Source: the human T2T-CHM13v2.0 reference genome, Homo sapiens. Taken from it: DNA of 64,000 nt. Where the stretch lies: NCBI RefSeq assembly GCF_009914755.1, contig NC_060927.1; one strand, 5' to 3'. Below are positions 37,721 to 54,537 of the stretch, piece by piece. The translations under genes were made by a program, and so were the position numbers. The notes beneath the pieces were generated by a model, which had not been told where the DNA came from, searched no databases, and saw nothing but the letters and a program-made list of their open reading frames with translations. Each line of letters starts with the position of its first letter. Position 1 is the stretch's first letter.

Positions 37721-37920
37721 CCCAAAAAGAGAAAACAGTGGTAAGCAAATGAATCTCACAGTAATTAATTAAATCAAAATGGGTAATGATAGAGGGGTGG
37801 TTTGTCATCATATTCCTTTGTCCTCTGCATTTTCTGAAAGTTTGCAAGTGATCCAGATGCTTAATCAGACTCAGGTTCTGTTCCTTTGGCAAGACCATAG
37901 GTAATGTTCCGTTCTTCTAA

Positions 37921-38265
<345 letters not shown>

Positions 38266-38502
38266 TGATTATCTTTTGTAAAGATAACAGTCATTGATGT
38301 TCAATTCTAGATCCATTAATTCATAGGGGTTTTAAAATTGTGATATTCTATCGTTCTTTTTTATTCATAACTAGAATACTTTTATACAGAGATGCTCCCA
38401 TCCATCTATTGTTTACTCAGTGATACCTTTATATAGGGAAGGCAGGATAAATGTTTGATTTTTTTCTCTTTATTTCCTCAAATGTTTGATTTTTCCTTCA
38501 GT

Positions 38503-38857
38503 TGCATTAGTTCGTTTTCATGCTGCTGATAAAGACAGACGTGAAACTGGGAACAAAAGGAGGTTTAATGGAACTTAAAAGTTCCACATGGCTGGGAAGC
38601 CTCAGAATCATGGCGGGAGGCAAAAGGCACTTACTTACACGGCAGCGGCAGGAGAAAATGAGGCAGGAACAAAAGTGGAAACCCCTGATAAACCCGTAAG
38701 ATCTCGTGAGACTTAGTCACTATCACGAGAATAACACGGAAAAACCGGCCTCCATGATTGAATTACCTCTCCACTGGGTCCCTCCCACAGCGTGGGGGAA
38801 TTCTGGGGAATACAATTCACGTTGAGACTTGAATGGGGACACAGGCAAACCGTATCA
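38503..38857 (-). mobile_element. THE1-family solo LTR
   Basis: TG...CA ends, gttttcatgctgctgataaagaca, gttccacatggctgggaagcctcagaatcatggc; 5-bp flanks tcagt/ccagt. Confidence 0.85.
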
Positions 38858-39326
38858 CCAGTTTACAAGATAGTGTATTAGTTCTCTGTCATCTTTTTTG
38901 GGTGTGTGTCATAAACTCATGTAGTTCAATATATGTGATGAATTTCAGTCTACTGCAGTCATCTTTATCAAAGCTTAGATTGCCTCATCTTTGGCCATTG
39001 GGAACAAAGATGGTTCCTGAGTCTTTGTGACCTGACCTTGATCATCTTTGGTGAATAAAGGGACAGTGTTTTTTGTTTTGCTTTTCAAAAACCTCAGCAT
39101 ATTTTCTGTGCCTTTAGGAAGGTGGATTTTAGGGATCTATTTGTTTTAGGATATTTGGAACTGATTGATACGATCTTTGATATAATTTGTAAGCAGATAT
39201 GCCTTAGAAGCTGTTTTACTTTTAAAGAATAATAGTTTTATTTTTTAGTTTATGTGGAAAATCAAAAGATTTCAATAAAATAAGTTCCAAGGACTGATTT
39301 TAAACCTAATTTAATTTTTCTTTTAG

Positions 39327-39471
39327 ACCTGTCGCGAAATCGCCTTTCAGAAATTCCTATAGAAGCATGTCACTTTGTTTCTCTGGAAAATCTCAACTTG
39401 TACCAAAATTGTATTCGTTATATTCCAGAGGCAATTTTAAACCTACAAGCTCTAACATTCTTAAATATTAG
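39327..39471 (+). CDS. LRCH3: LRCH3 exon 2, 145 nt, LRRs (DLSRNRLSEIPIEACHFVSLENLNLYQNCIRYIPEAILNLQALTFLNI)
   Basis: ttttag acceptor, AG/gtaaga donor; LxxLxLxxNxL pattern. Confidence 0.96.
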
Positions 39472-39661
39472 GTAAGAATATTGTTTTCTTATTTTAAATT
39501 TTTGGTTTTATGTGATCTTTTCGATTTTCCCCTTTCCCTAAAATATTTACCTATATATATGCTATCTATTCATATCAGCAGTTTCTGTATGTGCTCTTGG
39601 ATATATTAACAGTATTTCCTATGTCCCTCCAGTTTCTCTCTTTATCTTTGGCTTTGCAGTA

Positions 39662-39975
39662 CAGATGCTCCCTGACTTACTACAGTGGGATTACATCCCA
39701 GTAAACCCATCTAAGTTGAAAATGCATTTCCCACATAATCCACCAAACATTATAGCCTAGCCTAGCCTACTTTAAATGTGCTCAAAACACTTATCTTAGG
39801 CTACAGTTGGGCAAAATCTTCTAACACAAGGCCTATTTTATAATAAAGTATTGAATAGCTGATACAATTTACTAGATAGTGTAGTAAAGTGTGGTTTCTA
39901 CTGAATGTGTATTGCATTCCCACCATCATAAAGCCAAAAAATTTTAAGTCAGCTGTTGTTAGTTGGGGATGCCTG
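39662..39975. mobile_element. MER47A-like Tigger MITE
   Basis: TA-cagatgctccctgacttac...gttggggatgcctg-TA terminal inverted repeats. Confidence 0.8.
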
Positions 39976-40645
39976 TAATTAACAAACCTTACTGAGCCAT
40001 TTGCCTGAGGAGCTTGCAGCAGTCTTGTAGCAGTGCTTCTCCAATTACATTTTCTAATTAGCTTCATTAAATAAGAATAATAGATCTGAAATTACTTTGT
40101 TTCTTGTGACCATGTATTTTTGCATATTAAGTTCCGAATGTATGAATGCATTTATTCAACTAGTCTACTCCACTTTCACATCTTAAAATAACTCTTGTTG
40201 TTTTATTTCACTATAAAAGTTGCAAATGTTCATTGAATATAATGTGCAAATGTGGAAAAATATAAAGGAAATTCATCAAAATGTATCTTAATTTTATAAG
40301 TGATCTTTTCCTTCTGTTTTTCCAGGCTTTTAGTCAAATTTTTAAATGAGTTTTCCTCTTATCATGAAACATTCTTTAAAACTATTTTTGTATGTAATTA
40401 TTTTGTTGTACAGTTTATATACTGTTGAAAATAAATTTTCCTCTGGGATCTTAGTTTCTTCCAGTTTTTCACCATGATAAAAATAATATTAGTAGAGAAT
40501 TTTGTATGTAAATGTTTACTTTTCTCTTTCCTTAAGATAGATGTCTGGGAGTGGAATTGTTACTGGATTAAAAAGTGTGGCTTATCATCTCAGTAAAAGA
40601 TCTTACAAATGGGGAGGGAATTGGTCCTAAGGAATAAGAGGTTAA

Positions 40646-41050
<405 letters not shown>

Positions 41051-41594
41051 TAAATAAAAATTCTTTACCTGTAACTTAGTTGGTGTGATCTATGAAATCA
41101 CAACTTACTGCTTTTTTTTCCACAGAGCTACATTTTCACCATTTATGTGCATTTGATTATAATATTGTAATGATGAGGGAAGTAGATTATAAGTTTTGTT
41201 TATAATCTTCAGAAGTAAGGAGGATGATATTATCCACCTTTTAAAAAATCTTTTCCTACCTAAATGTTACTTTAATAAAATAATACTATGTTTATGTAGT
41301 ACCTCATTATTTACAAAGGAGTTATATTCTGCAAGAGCCCTATAAGATAGGTAGGGAGATACTAAGATCTTCAGTTTACAGATGAGAAATCTCTGTAAGA
41401 TGCAGATTAAGTTCAACACTGTGCCTGTAACCATAAAGCTGACCACCAGTAAAACGAAGGCTAGAACTCCAGTACCCTGTTTGTTTCTTGCAAGACTCAT
41501 ATTTGTTATTTTACTGAGTATAGCGTGAGAAAGAGAGAAAATTTTTCTTCAGTGGTGGACTCTGATTCTTCTCTCTTTCTACTTACCCATTTAG

Positions 41595-41721
41595 TCGGAA
41601 CCAACTGTCAACATTGCCGGTACACTTGTGTAATTTGCCATTGAAAGTCTTAATTGCTAGTAATAACAAATTGGTGTCACTTCCAGAAGAAATTGGACAC
41701 CTTAGACATTTGATGGAACTT
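41595..41721 (+). CDS. LRCH3: LRCH3 exon 3, 127 nt (RNQLSTLPVHLCNLPLKVLIASNNKLVSLPEEIGHLRHLMEL)
   Basis: tttag acceptor, gtaagt donor; frame continuous. Confidence 0.96.
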
Positions 41722-41748
41722 GTAAGTTAATATTTTTGATTGTCCAAC

Positions 41749-41794
41749 GTGTGTGTGTGTATTTTGTGTGTGTGTGCGTGTGTGTGTGTGTGTC

Positions 41795-41849
<55 letters not shown>
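41749..41849. repeat. Compound (TG)n(TA)n microsatellite
   Basis: Read directly. Confidence 0.95.
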
Positions 41850-41853
<4 letters not shown>

Positions 41854-43306
41854 CCTTGGAGAGAGAGATGTATACAAAGTCATACCATAGTCTTTTATAT
41901 GGCAAAGATTTATTATTGATATATGTTTTTGACTTATTTTCCAGTATTGGTAATGAATCATATACTGAATTTTCCGTACTCAAGTGGTTGGCACACAGAA
42001 TTAAGAACGGAAAGTACAAGCCTAATTGGCCCACACAGATGGGAAAAGGTCATTAGAATTAGGTTCTAACCAATATTAAATGATTTCTGTGTCATTAAAT
42101 TTTTGAGATATGTTAATATAATTGAATTTTTCAAAATAAATTTGTTTGTATCATCAATATTCTGATTTTTGATTAGCTCCTGTAGGGGAATGGCACTACA
42201 AAGGTCAGGTTTATTTTTTGCCTTACATTATATCTTTAGACGCTATCTCCCACTCTATAAAGTAAAATATACTTCATTGCCATGTTTGTTTGTTTGTTTG
42301 TTTGTTTTGAGACAGAGTGTTGCTCTGTCACCTAGGCTGGAGTGCAGTGGCGCAATCTCGGCTTACTGCAAGCTTTGCCTCCCAGGTTCACGCCATTCTC
42401 CTGCCTCAGCCTCCTGAGTAGCTGGGACCACAGGCGCCCGCCACCATGCCTGGTTAATTTTTTTGTATTTTTAGTAGAGACAGGGTTTCACCGTGTTAGC
42501 CAGGATAGTCTTGATCTCCTGACCTTGTGATCTGCCCACCTCGGCCTCCCAAAGTGCTGGGATTACAGGCGTGAGCCACCGCGCACGGCCCTGTTGCCCT
42601 GTATTTTCTAAGACACTTAATTGAACTCCTTCACCAAATCACTTCTTGAGTATTTACCTTCTGAGCATGGGAATAACAATTTTCTCATTTAATCACCATA
42701 ATAATATTATGAATTGATTACTAAAATTATTTTCATTTTATAGCTGAGGAAGCTAGCACTCAAATAGGTTAAATAACTTGCCTAAGGTTATATAACAGAA
42801 ATAGTATTTGAAACCAGACTACCTTAACTCTTTCTGAAGTGGTCAAATACAATTATGTCCATTAGGATTTAGGGGTATGGTTTCGTGTAGGTTTATTAAC
42901 AAAGATGGAAGATGGTTATCATAAATTAATACATATGTAATATAGTTGGATCACTTTTTCCAGGTAGATTATGAATATAAGAGGTTACGTGGGAGAATCC
43001 ACAAATATATTTAAACTAGAGTCTACATTCTAGACCACTATTTTTGGAGCCAGTTAGAACTAGGACATAAAGATCAGAATGTATGTTTATCAGCATCTCT
43101 TCAGAACTTGGGTTAAAAACATGAACTAGAAGTAAACTATAATTCAAATTCTTATTTTCAAATCATTTAAACATTTTGTTTCTACTTATTCAATCCTAAA
43201 TACTTAAAAGGTAGAGATGTGTTATAGAAGCTGCTTTTTGTTTTCTACAAAAGAGGTTAATTGATATCCTCAGTCATATAAGGAACTTGTGGCAGAATAA
43301 GAATTA

Positions 43307-43816
<510 letters not shown>

Positions 43817-43874
43817 CTAGCTAGGATTTGAACCTATTTCCTTTCAACTTCTTTTAGAACCATTTTAATGCCTA

Positions 43875-44183
<309 letters not shown>

Positions 44184-44296
44184 TCAAAAAAAAGAAAAAA
44201 AAAAGTCTAGCTTCTGATTCTACTTCAATTATTAATTGGTAGGAAAAGTAAAAATAGTATTTTCTCTAAGGATACTTTAAGGAAATTAACGTTTGA

Positions 44297-44497
<201 letters not shown>

Positions 44498-44793
44498 TAG
44501 TAAATGTATTGTTTTCTTTTAGTCATATTGGAAGAATTTTAAGTGTTAATGTGGCAGCTTCCCTCTGTTCATATAATGATGGGTTTACAAATTATTTTGG
44601 CTGATCTCAGAATTATGGTATTCTGAATTTATTAATCTTCGAACCTGTAGGTAGTCTCTTTTCAGAACCATTGAATTAAGCTATTAAGTGAGATACCAGA
44701 AGGTCTCCCAAACATATCTAATTTTATAGACAGTTTAAAGCAGACAAGTTTGTAATGTTAGGACAATCTTTATTTTGTATCTTTTCGAAATAG

Positions 44794-44899
44794 GATGTGA
44801 GCTGCAATGAAATTCAAACTATACCTTCCCAAATTGGTAACCTGGAGGCCTTGAGAGACCTTAATGTAAGAAGAAATCACCTAGTACATTTGCCTGAAG
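44794..44899 (+). CDS. LRCH3: LRCH3 exon 4, 106 nt (DVSCNEIQTIPSQIGNLEALRDLNVRRNHLVHLPE)
   Basis: aatag acceptor, G/gtaaga donor. Confidence 0.96.
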
Positions 44900-44997
44900 G
44901 TAAGAAACTATGAAATAAGAAACCATGAAATAATTGTTTTATTATTTTAAAGCTCTCTCAGACCAATCAAGACAAAAATGTATAAGGGTTACATCTA

Positions 44998-45283
44998 GGC
45001 TGGGCGCTGTGGCTCCTGCCTGTAATGCCAACACTTTGGGAGGCCGATGAGGGAGGATTGCTTGAACCCAGGAATTCGAGACCAGCCTGGGCAATATAGG
45101 GAGTCTGTCTCTACAGAAAATTAACAAATTAGCCCAGGGGGCTGGCGCACTCTTGTAGTCCCAGCTACTCAGGAAGCTGAGGTGGGAGGAGTCCCTGAGC
45201 CCAGGAGGCCAAGGCTGCAGTGAGCTGTGGTGGGGTCACTGCACTCTAGCCTGAGCACCAGAAAGAGACCTTTTTTAAAAAAA
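44998..45283 (+). mobile_element. AluJ-like element followed by (GA)n(TG)n
   Basis: ggctgggcgctgtggctcctgcctgtaatgcc... Confidence 0.88.
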
Positions 45284-46249
45284 CGGGGTGGGGAGAGAGA
45301 GAGAGAGTGTGTGTGTGTCTGTGTGTGTTTGTGTGTGTGTGAGAGAGTATGTGTGTGTTACCTCCAGTGTTTGAAATCTAATGGTTTATTTAATAGTGTT
45401 ATCTGTTCCATTGTGGATTTTAAAAGCCTCTTCAATGAAAAGGTTTGATAACTCTTGACCTTTGATTTTTATTTTTAGATCTTGTCAACCGATGTAATTA
45501 ATAACTCAGGGTAGGGTCCCTGGAAATTTCAGTAAGCATGACTGTTTGGGGGAAATGTAACATGTTTGGATAAGGGGATAGTGTAGTATAATGAAAAACA
45601 TTTCTGCAGTTAGCACTCACTTAAAAATGGACTTTGACCTGAACTTAACCGGTCACTGGAGATGTTCAAACAGAGGCTAATGAACCATGTGGAGGTGATG
45701 TGTAGAGTGAATGATAAATGGGGTGAGAGACTGCGCTAAGAGACGGGTTATTTACTTAGGCTGACTACAAGCTCTGATATATGTATTTGATAAAAATGAT
45801 TAAACATTAATGAAGTCTAGTTTATCAATCTTTCACAAATTAATGAAACAGAATGCTAGAAAGGAAGATGAAAATGAGAGCTATTATTTTATGAGATCCA
45901 GAATATATATTTCTTCCTATATGTTTCTGCTCATCACCCAGCAGTAAGAGTCATCAGCTCATGGCAAGTCTTGTCTCAACTGTGCTCTCATTTACTTTCC
46001 CCTGCACTATTCTCTAGATTAATTTGAATCAAATACAGAAATTTATTGGTAAACATTCCAGAAAAACAAGGAATCTTCTCAAGGTATTTTCATGACAGTG
46101 CTTTTCTGGGTTCTTTGACAAAATATGACTTACAGTGTACAATCAATATTTTGTTTGTTTTGAGACAGGGTCTCACTCCCATTACTCAGGCTAGAGTGCA
46201 GTGGCACGAACATGGCTCACTGCAGCCTCGACCTCTCAGGTTTAGGTGA

Positions 46250-46459
<210 letters not shown>

Positions 46460-47211
46460 TAACTAATGATGTTTTCGCTTTCCCTGTGGAATTCAAATAT
46501 TTATACCAATTTGATACAGCATAATATTTAGTTCTAACATACTAGTGGAGCTTTGACATTTTGGATTCCAAGTAAATGTGTAAGAACGTGACCTTTTCAG
46601 TCCACTTTTATATACTTACTGCAACCAAAACCTTGCGTGTCTTTCCTCTCACTTGGCTTGTCCAGGAACCTTCACACTTTTTATCCTCAGGGCCTTCCTT
46701 ATTTTCTCCTGGTTCTGTTTGCTACCAACTCAGGAATGTAAATGAAGGTTAGCAAAACCAAAATCATGACCTCTAGGACCTTATAACCCCAAATTTCTCC
46801 CTAGGGTTACCTCTGTACTCAGGACTCGCCTACTGTGGTTGGTCTTCAAAGACTTACTCCTATAATAATATTTAGTGTGAAATCAATTAATGAGAATATT
46901 AGGGTTTTAATCAAAATGAAAATTGAGCATTTCAGATGACAATGGAAGCTTAATAGTTTTATCAACTAATTTATTTCTGTATCTTATTTTGATTGTAGAC
47001 TGCTGACAAAATGGTTTATCACACAAATAGTTTCAATTTTTTTAACAGTTTATTTTATAATCTCAGCACATATAGTTGAACTGAGTTAGCAAGTGAAGCT
47101 TTATTCCAACAGCTACATTCGTTCGTGTGGAAGTTTGTGTTACTTAATTGGTAATTTCTAACATTGCAATTTGGTACATGTCATATATCTTTTGTTATAT
47201 TGCCATTTTGA

Positions 47212-47900
<689 letters not shown>

Positions 47901-48541
47901 AAGAATCTTAAATAGTGTCGTTCCCCTGCCTCAAACTTCCCTGCACACCAATTTCAATGGCCAAAAGTATGTACCTTCATTAAACTCCTTTGACTCTTTT
48001 TTTTTTTGAGATAGGGTCTCACTCTGTTGCCCAGGCTGGAGTGCATGGCGTGACCAGAGCTCACCGTAGCCTCGAACTCTGTGGGCTGAAGCCATCCTCC
48101 CATCTGAGCCTTCCAAGTAGCTGGGACTGCAGACATGCACCATCACACCCAGAAAATTTTGTATTGTTTTGTAGAGACAAGGGTCTCACCATGTTCCCCT
48201 GGCTGGTCTCCTGGACTCAAGCAATCCACCCACCTCAGCCTCCCAAAGTGCTGAGATTACAGGCATGAGCCACAGTGCCCAGACTGCTGACATATTTCTA
48301 ACTGATATGTTTTTATAGCTATTGCTGGTTTGGGCAACTTTGACACTTATGTCAGCTTCCTATTGTGATGATAGATGAGGATTTAGTTTCCTTACACTGT
48401 CACCATACCATGCCTTTACTGCTTTCCTCCCATCTTCCCAGTGTAGTTTTAGCACAACTTCTGATTAAATTGTTACTCAGTGTTCACATTACTGTAATTA
48501 TGTAAACATTGTTCCCTGCCAATTCAAGTGATGTACTCTGA

Positions 48542-48844
<303 letters not shown>

Positions 48845-49943
48845 TGAGCCATCACGCCCGGCTTTTTTTTTTTTTTTTCCCCTGGAGGTAATAGTTTCTT
48901 ATCTTTTTATATGCTTATTTTTATGTGTGTCTATGGCTAATTCCACCCTCTTTTTCCAGCAGGCTTTCTGGTCAGACCAGATTCTCTATCCCTTTTTTCC
49001 CTGCACTTCCACCTCACTGAGCCCTTTTTTTCTCTTCTGATATGGACTGGCTGTTCTCTAGTATTGCTGCCCAGCTTTTTTTTTTTTTGAGACAGTCTCA
49101 CTCTGTCACCCAGGCTGGAGTACAGTGGCGCGATCTCGGCTCACGGTAACCTCTGCCCCCCCGTCCCGGGTTCAAGTGATTCTCTGCCTCGGCCTCCCAA
49201 GTAGCTGGGATTATAGGAGCCCGCCACCACGCCTGGCTAACTTTTGTATTTTTAGTAGAGATGGGGTTTTACCATCTTGGTCAGGCTGGTCTTGAACTTC
49301 TGACCTCGTGATTCACCCGCCTTGGCCTCCCAAAGTGCTGGGATTACAGGCGTGAGCCACTGCACCTGGCCTGCTGCCCAGCTTTCTTTCTTCTGTGTTA
49401 AATACTCTGAGTCCTAGACTCTGGATCTTCCTCAGTTACTCCCTGTTTTGCTGGAGGACATCTCCTAGTAGCTTCCCAAGAACACGTCATGGGAGAACAT
49501 ATTTTTGAGACTTCACTGGAAAATAAATGTCTTTATTCTATGTTCCCCCTTGATTGTTTGATTATAAATCCAGGTTGAAAACTATTTTCTTTCAAGACTT
49601 TTAAGTGTTTTTTCACTTTCCACTTTCAGTGTTTAAAATTGATGGTTGAAAATCTGATGCCATTCATTCTTAATCCCAGTATTTTGTGACCAGCTTTTGC
49701 TCTCTGGAAGATTTTAAGATGGTCCCTGTTTATCTGCTGCTCTGAAATTTTATGTTAATGTGCCATAGCATGAGTTGTTTTAATTTAATGTGCTGGATAC
49801 TTGGTGGGCCCCTTTCCAAACCAGAGATCCATATCTTCCGTTTTGGGAAATTGTTTTATATCTTTTTTTTTTTTTTTAAATAATTTTCTTTCTTCTGGTT
49901 TCTCTGTCCCCTTTTTGAATTATTTTGAATTGGATGTTATTAG

Positions 49944-50187
<244 letters not shown>

Positions 50188-51380
50188 TAGCCAGGATGGT
50201 CTCGATCTCCTGACCTCGTGATCCGCCTGCCTCGGCCTCCCAAAGTACTGGGATTACAGGCTTGAGCCACCGCGCCCAGCTGATTTTTCTTATATTTTTT
50301 ATTATTCATTTCTGTGTCATTTTGTGTTACCTTATGGTAAAATAGTTCCAACCATTCTTATGAATTTTTAATTGCTACCATTATATTTTTTCATTTCTAC
50401 AAACTCATTCTGTGATTTTTAAAAAATATTCCTTTTATGTTTCAGTGATTAAAGACCTTCTCTTTCTGAAACTAAAGATAGTCTAGCTTTTCAAAATTTT
50501 CTTCTGCTTTCTATAAAATACCTGTTTCTTCTGAGTTCCTTTTTTTGGTTAGTTAGTTGGTTTTGATGTTGGAGATGTCTAAATGTCTGTGGATCATATA
50601 CTATCTTTATATGGCTGATTAGAAGTTCTCAGTATACTGGGCAGAAATTGTATAATGGTAATTAAACAACAAGCTGTGTATTTTATTAGAAGAAATTCTG
50701 TATCATTATATAAAGGCCTTTTATATGGGACTGTGAAGTTTATCCAGAGAAAGAAGCTCCATTTCTTCTTCGTTATTGTGTATATTCTTAAGTACAGCCA
50801 TTCCTGGGATGAAGTGGGATAGGGTGGGGTGAGAAGGTGCTGAGGTCTTAATGTTAAGTGTGTAGACTTTGACTTAACTCCTCCATTTTTAGCTGGCAAC
50901 TCCTCCTGACTTTTGTCATCCTATTGTGCCTGGGATCCCTTAGTTCCGAGCATTTTTGATTCAATTTCACTAGAAAATAACTTGCTGATTCCTGGGAACA
51001 TTGGAGAAGGATAGTGCCCCAGCTGTGTTAGTGGGGGCTGTTGACCCAGGCATTTAACTGTTCTTTATGTAGAGTGTTATCTAATCCTTTTGTTATCCTC
51101 ACCTTCTTGTGGTATCAGGGCCTCCAGCTTCTGAGACTTTCTGTAGTTCTGAGCGGGTCAAAGCTGCTTTTTATTAGTAATCCTGTCTATAGGCAACTGG
51201 ATCTCATTTTTACCACTTTGCTACCACTTTTCTCATTTTTACCACTTTGCTACCAGTTAATCACTAAAAGAGAATGGGAGTAAATATCTATGTTAAAATC
51301 ACATTTAACTAGAAGCTTTGTAAAAATTCTCTAGTTGTAAAACATCATTAATTGTTCATTTCCATTTTACCTTCTTGCAG

Positions 51381-51517
51381 AGCTGGCGGAGTTGCCTTTG
51401 ATACGGTTAGACTTCTCATGCAATAAAATTACCACAATCCCTGTTTGTTATCGGAACCTCAGGCACCTACAGACGATCACCCTAGATAACAATCCACTAC
51501 AATCACCTCCTGCACAG
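51381..51517 (+). CDS. LRCH3: LRCH3 exon 5, 137 nt (LAELPLIRLDFSCNKITTIPVCYRNLRHLQTITLDNNPLQSPPAQ)
   Basis: cttcttgcag acceptor, CAG/gtaaac donor. Confidence 0.96.
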
Positions 51518-51974
51518 GTAAACCATAGTGGAAGCATCAGGTAAACCATGGTGGAAGCATCAGGTAAACCACGGTGGAAGCATCTGGTGAACCATAGTGG
51601 AAGCATCAGGTAAATCATAGTGGAAGCATCAGGTAAACCACAGTGGAAGCATCAGGTAAACCATAGTGGAAGCATCAGGTAAACCATAGTGGAAGCATCA
51701 GGTAGACCATGGTGGAAGCATCAGGTAAACCATGGTGGAAGCATCAGATAAATCATGGTGGAAGCATCAGGTAAACCATAGTGGAAGCATCAGGTAAACC
51801 ATAATGGAAGCATCAGGTAAACCATAGTGGAAGCATCAGGTAAACCATAGTGGAAGCATCAGGTAAACCATAGTGGAAGCATCAGGTAAACCATAGTGGA
51901 AGCATCAGGTAAATCATAGTGGAAGCATCAGGCAAATCATAGTGGAAGCATCAGGTAAACCATAGTGGAAGCAT
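51515..51974 (+). repeat. Minisatellite, 20 x 23 bp (caggtaaaccatagtggaagcat), starting at the exon-5 donor
   Basis: 460 bp = 20 exact-length units. Confidence 0.97.
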
Positions 51975-52473
51975 CGCATGGACTTTTTTTGGACAAAGGA
52001 TGAAATTTAAAATTTCATGTACATTTATCATTCGGTTAGAAAATAATTTCTTTTAAAATGGATTCACATACATATGTATTTTTGAGAAGCCTTGAATTAA
52101 TGGATTAGAAGATAATGTTTCCAGAAGTATTTTTCCTTTCTCTAAATTGGTATTTCTTTTTAAATTGAAGAATTCTTCCCTAAATTTTTTTCTAATAAAA
52201 TTTTAGTTAATTTCTTAATTTTTTCTTGTAAAATTTTAGTTAATTTCTTTATTTTTTTCTAGTAAAATTTGAGTGTAGACACCATAAATGCTAGAGACAG
52301 GCCAGGTGTGGTGGCTCATGCCTGTAATTCCAGCACTTTGGGAGGCCGAGGTGGGCAGATCATGAGGTCAGGAGATCGAGATCATCCTGGCCAACATGGT
52401 GAAACCTTGTCTCTACTAAAAATACAAAAATTAGCCAGGTGCGGTGGTGGGCGCCTGTAGTCCCAGCTACTCA

Positions 52474-52638
<165 letters not shown>

Positions 52639-52811
52639 CTATCAGTAGATTTCTTTTTCTGATCATTGTTATTATAACCTTCCTAATTCTAAAGTCACAA
52701 ATTCCTACTTTAGACAGTTTGGTCATTTGTTTACCAGTGACTGAAGTGAAGCTATACAGTAATAATTATAAAGTAGCTTTACATGTAGATGCTGGACATC
52801 CTACAACCTAG

Positions 52812-53054
<243 letters not shown>

Positions 53055-53230
53055 TAGCCAGAATGGTCTCAATCTCCTGACCTCATGATCCACCTGCCTC
53101 GGCCTCCCAAAGTGCTGGGATTACAGGTGTGAGCCACCGCGCCCGGCCCCCTTAGCTCTTTTTAACTCTGCAGTTTATTGACGATTTTGTACAAGCATAT
53201 GTTACTCTTTTTTTTTTTTTTTTTTTTTGA

Positions 53231-53431
<201 letters not shown>

Positions 53432-54067
53432 TGAACTCCTGACCTCAGGTGATCCACCCACCTCAGACTCCCAAAGTGCTGCAATTACAGGTGTGAGCCA
53501 CTGTGCCCGGCGGCATATGCTACTCTTTATGGCAACTATAAAACTTTATGAGTAAACTTCCTAACAATAGAAGGGTCTTATAAGCCTCAAGAATTTGTGT
53601 TTTGACTTCTGGGACAAGTAGCAACAGAAATATATGTAATGTTTCATGATTTCCTGCTCTTCTCTCTCAAAGCAGAATCAAAAACTTAGTTGTATATGAT
53701 TGTTGGATTCCTAAAAGTAAAAGTTGCTTCATGTAATCTAATGAGGAGAAATGCTTTAAATCTCTGACTATGCAAACTAGTCAGTGTGATAAGTTTACTT
53801 GGTATTTGAACAGTATAATCAAAAGTTATTTATTTATATATTACTGAAATGTATTAGTGACTAGAAAATGAAAACATATTTACCAGTTAAACACCTAAAA
53901 TAACACTTAACCAAATAATATAATTTATTAGTTTTTAAATATTACTGTATGTACTTGATAGAAATGCCTCCCTTTCCCAATGTATGTTACATAAAATGTT
54001 GATATGATAAAAAGGAGCATACTTCAGATGAGTAATAATTTGGCTACATCTGTGTGACTTTATTTAG

Positions 54068-54177
54068 ATATGTATAAAAGGCAAAGTCCACATATTTAAA
54101 TACCTGAACATACAAGCTTGTAAGATTGCTCCAGATCTGCCGGATTATGATAGGAGACCGTTGGGTTTTGGCTCCTG
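54068..54177 (+). CDS. LRCH3: LRCH3 exon 6, 110 nt (ICIKGKVHIFKYLNIQACKIAPDLPDYDRRPLGFGS)
   Basis: tttag acceptor, TG/gtaagt donor. Confidence 0.95.
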
Positions 54178-54351
54178 GTAAGTATATTCTGTCCCTTTAT
54201 CTATCATATTTTTTGTACAGAGAATCAAATAAAATGGATACTTAAATTTGCCTGAATGTTTGACTAAAGGGAAATAACCTGTTTTAACACTGTTATTCTC
54301 AGAATGCTTGTATTGTAAAGTTGATTACCTAGATCTGGCAAAGTCTAGTTC

Positions 54352-54537
54352 TAAGGGTTTCTCAACCTTGGCACTGTTGACATTTTAGATCAGATAATTC
54401 TTTGTTGTGATGGGCTGTCCTGTACATTGTAAGACATTTACCAGCATCCTTGGTGTCTGCCCATTAGATAGATGCCAGTAGTACCCTCGCAAAGTCTCCA
54501 AATGTCACCTTGGGGCCCTCCAGTTGAAAACTACTGG
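54352..54537. mobile_element. MER20 (hAT-Charlie) element
   Basis: ggtttctcaaccttggcactgttgacatttt...cagttgaaaactactg. Confidence 0.8.

Noticed and set aside
41677-42056. ORFs with YIYIYI / THTHTH / CVCVCV runs
   Set aside because: Microsatellite translations
51515-51974. CRISPR-like appearance of regular short repeats
   Set aside because: Units are contiguous with no unique spacers, there are no cas genes, and the context is a primate intron
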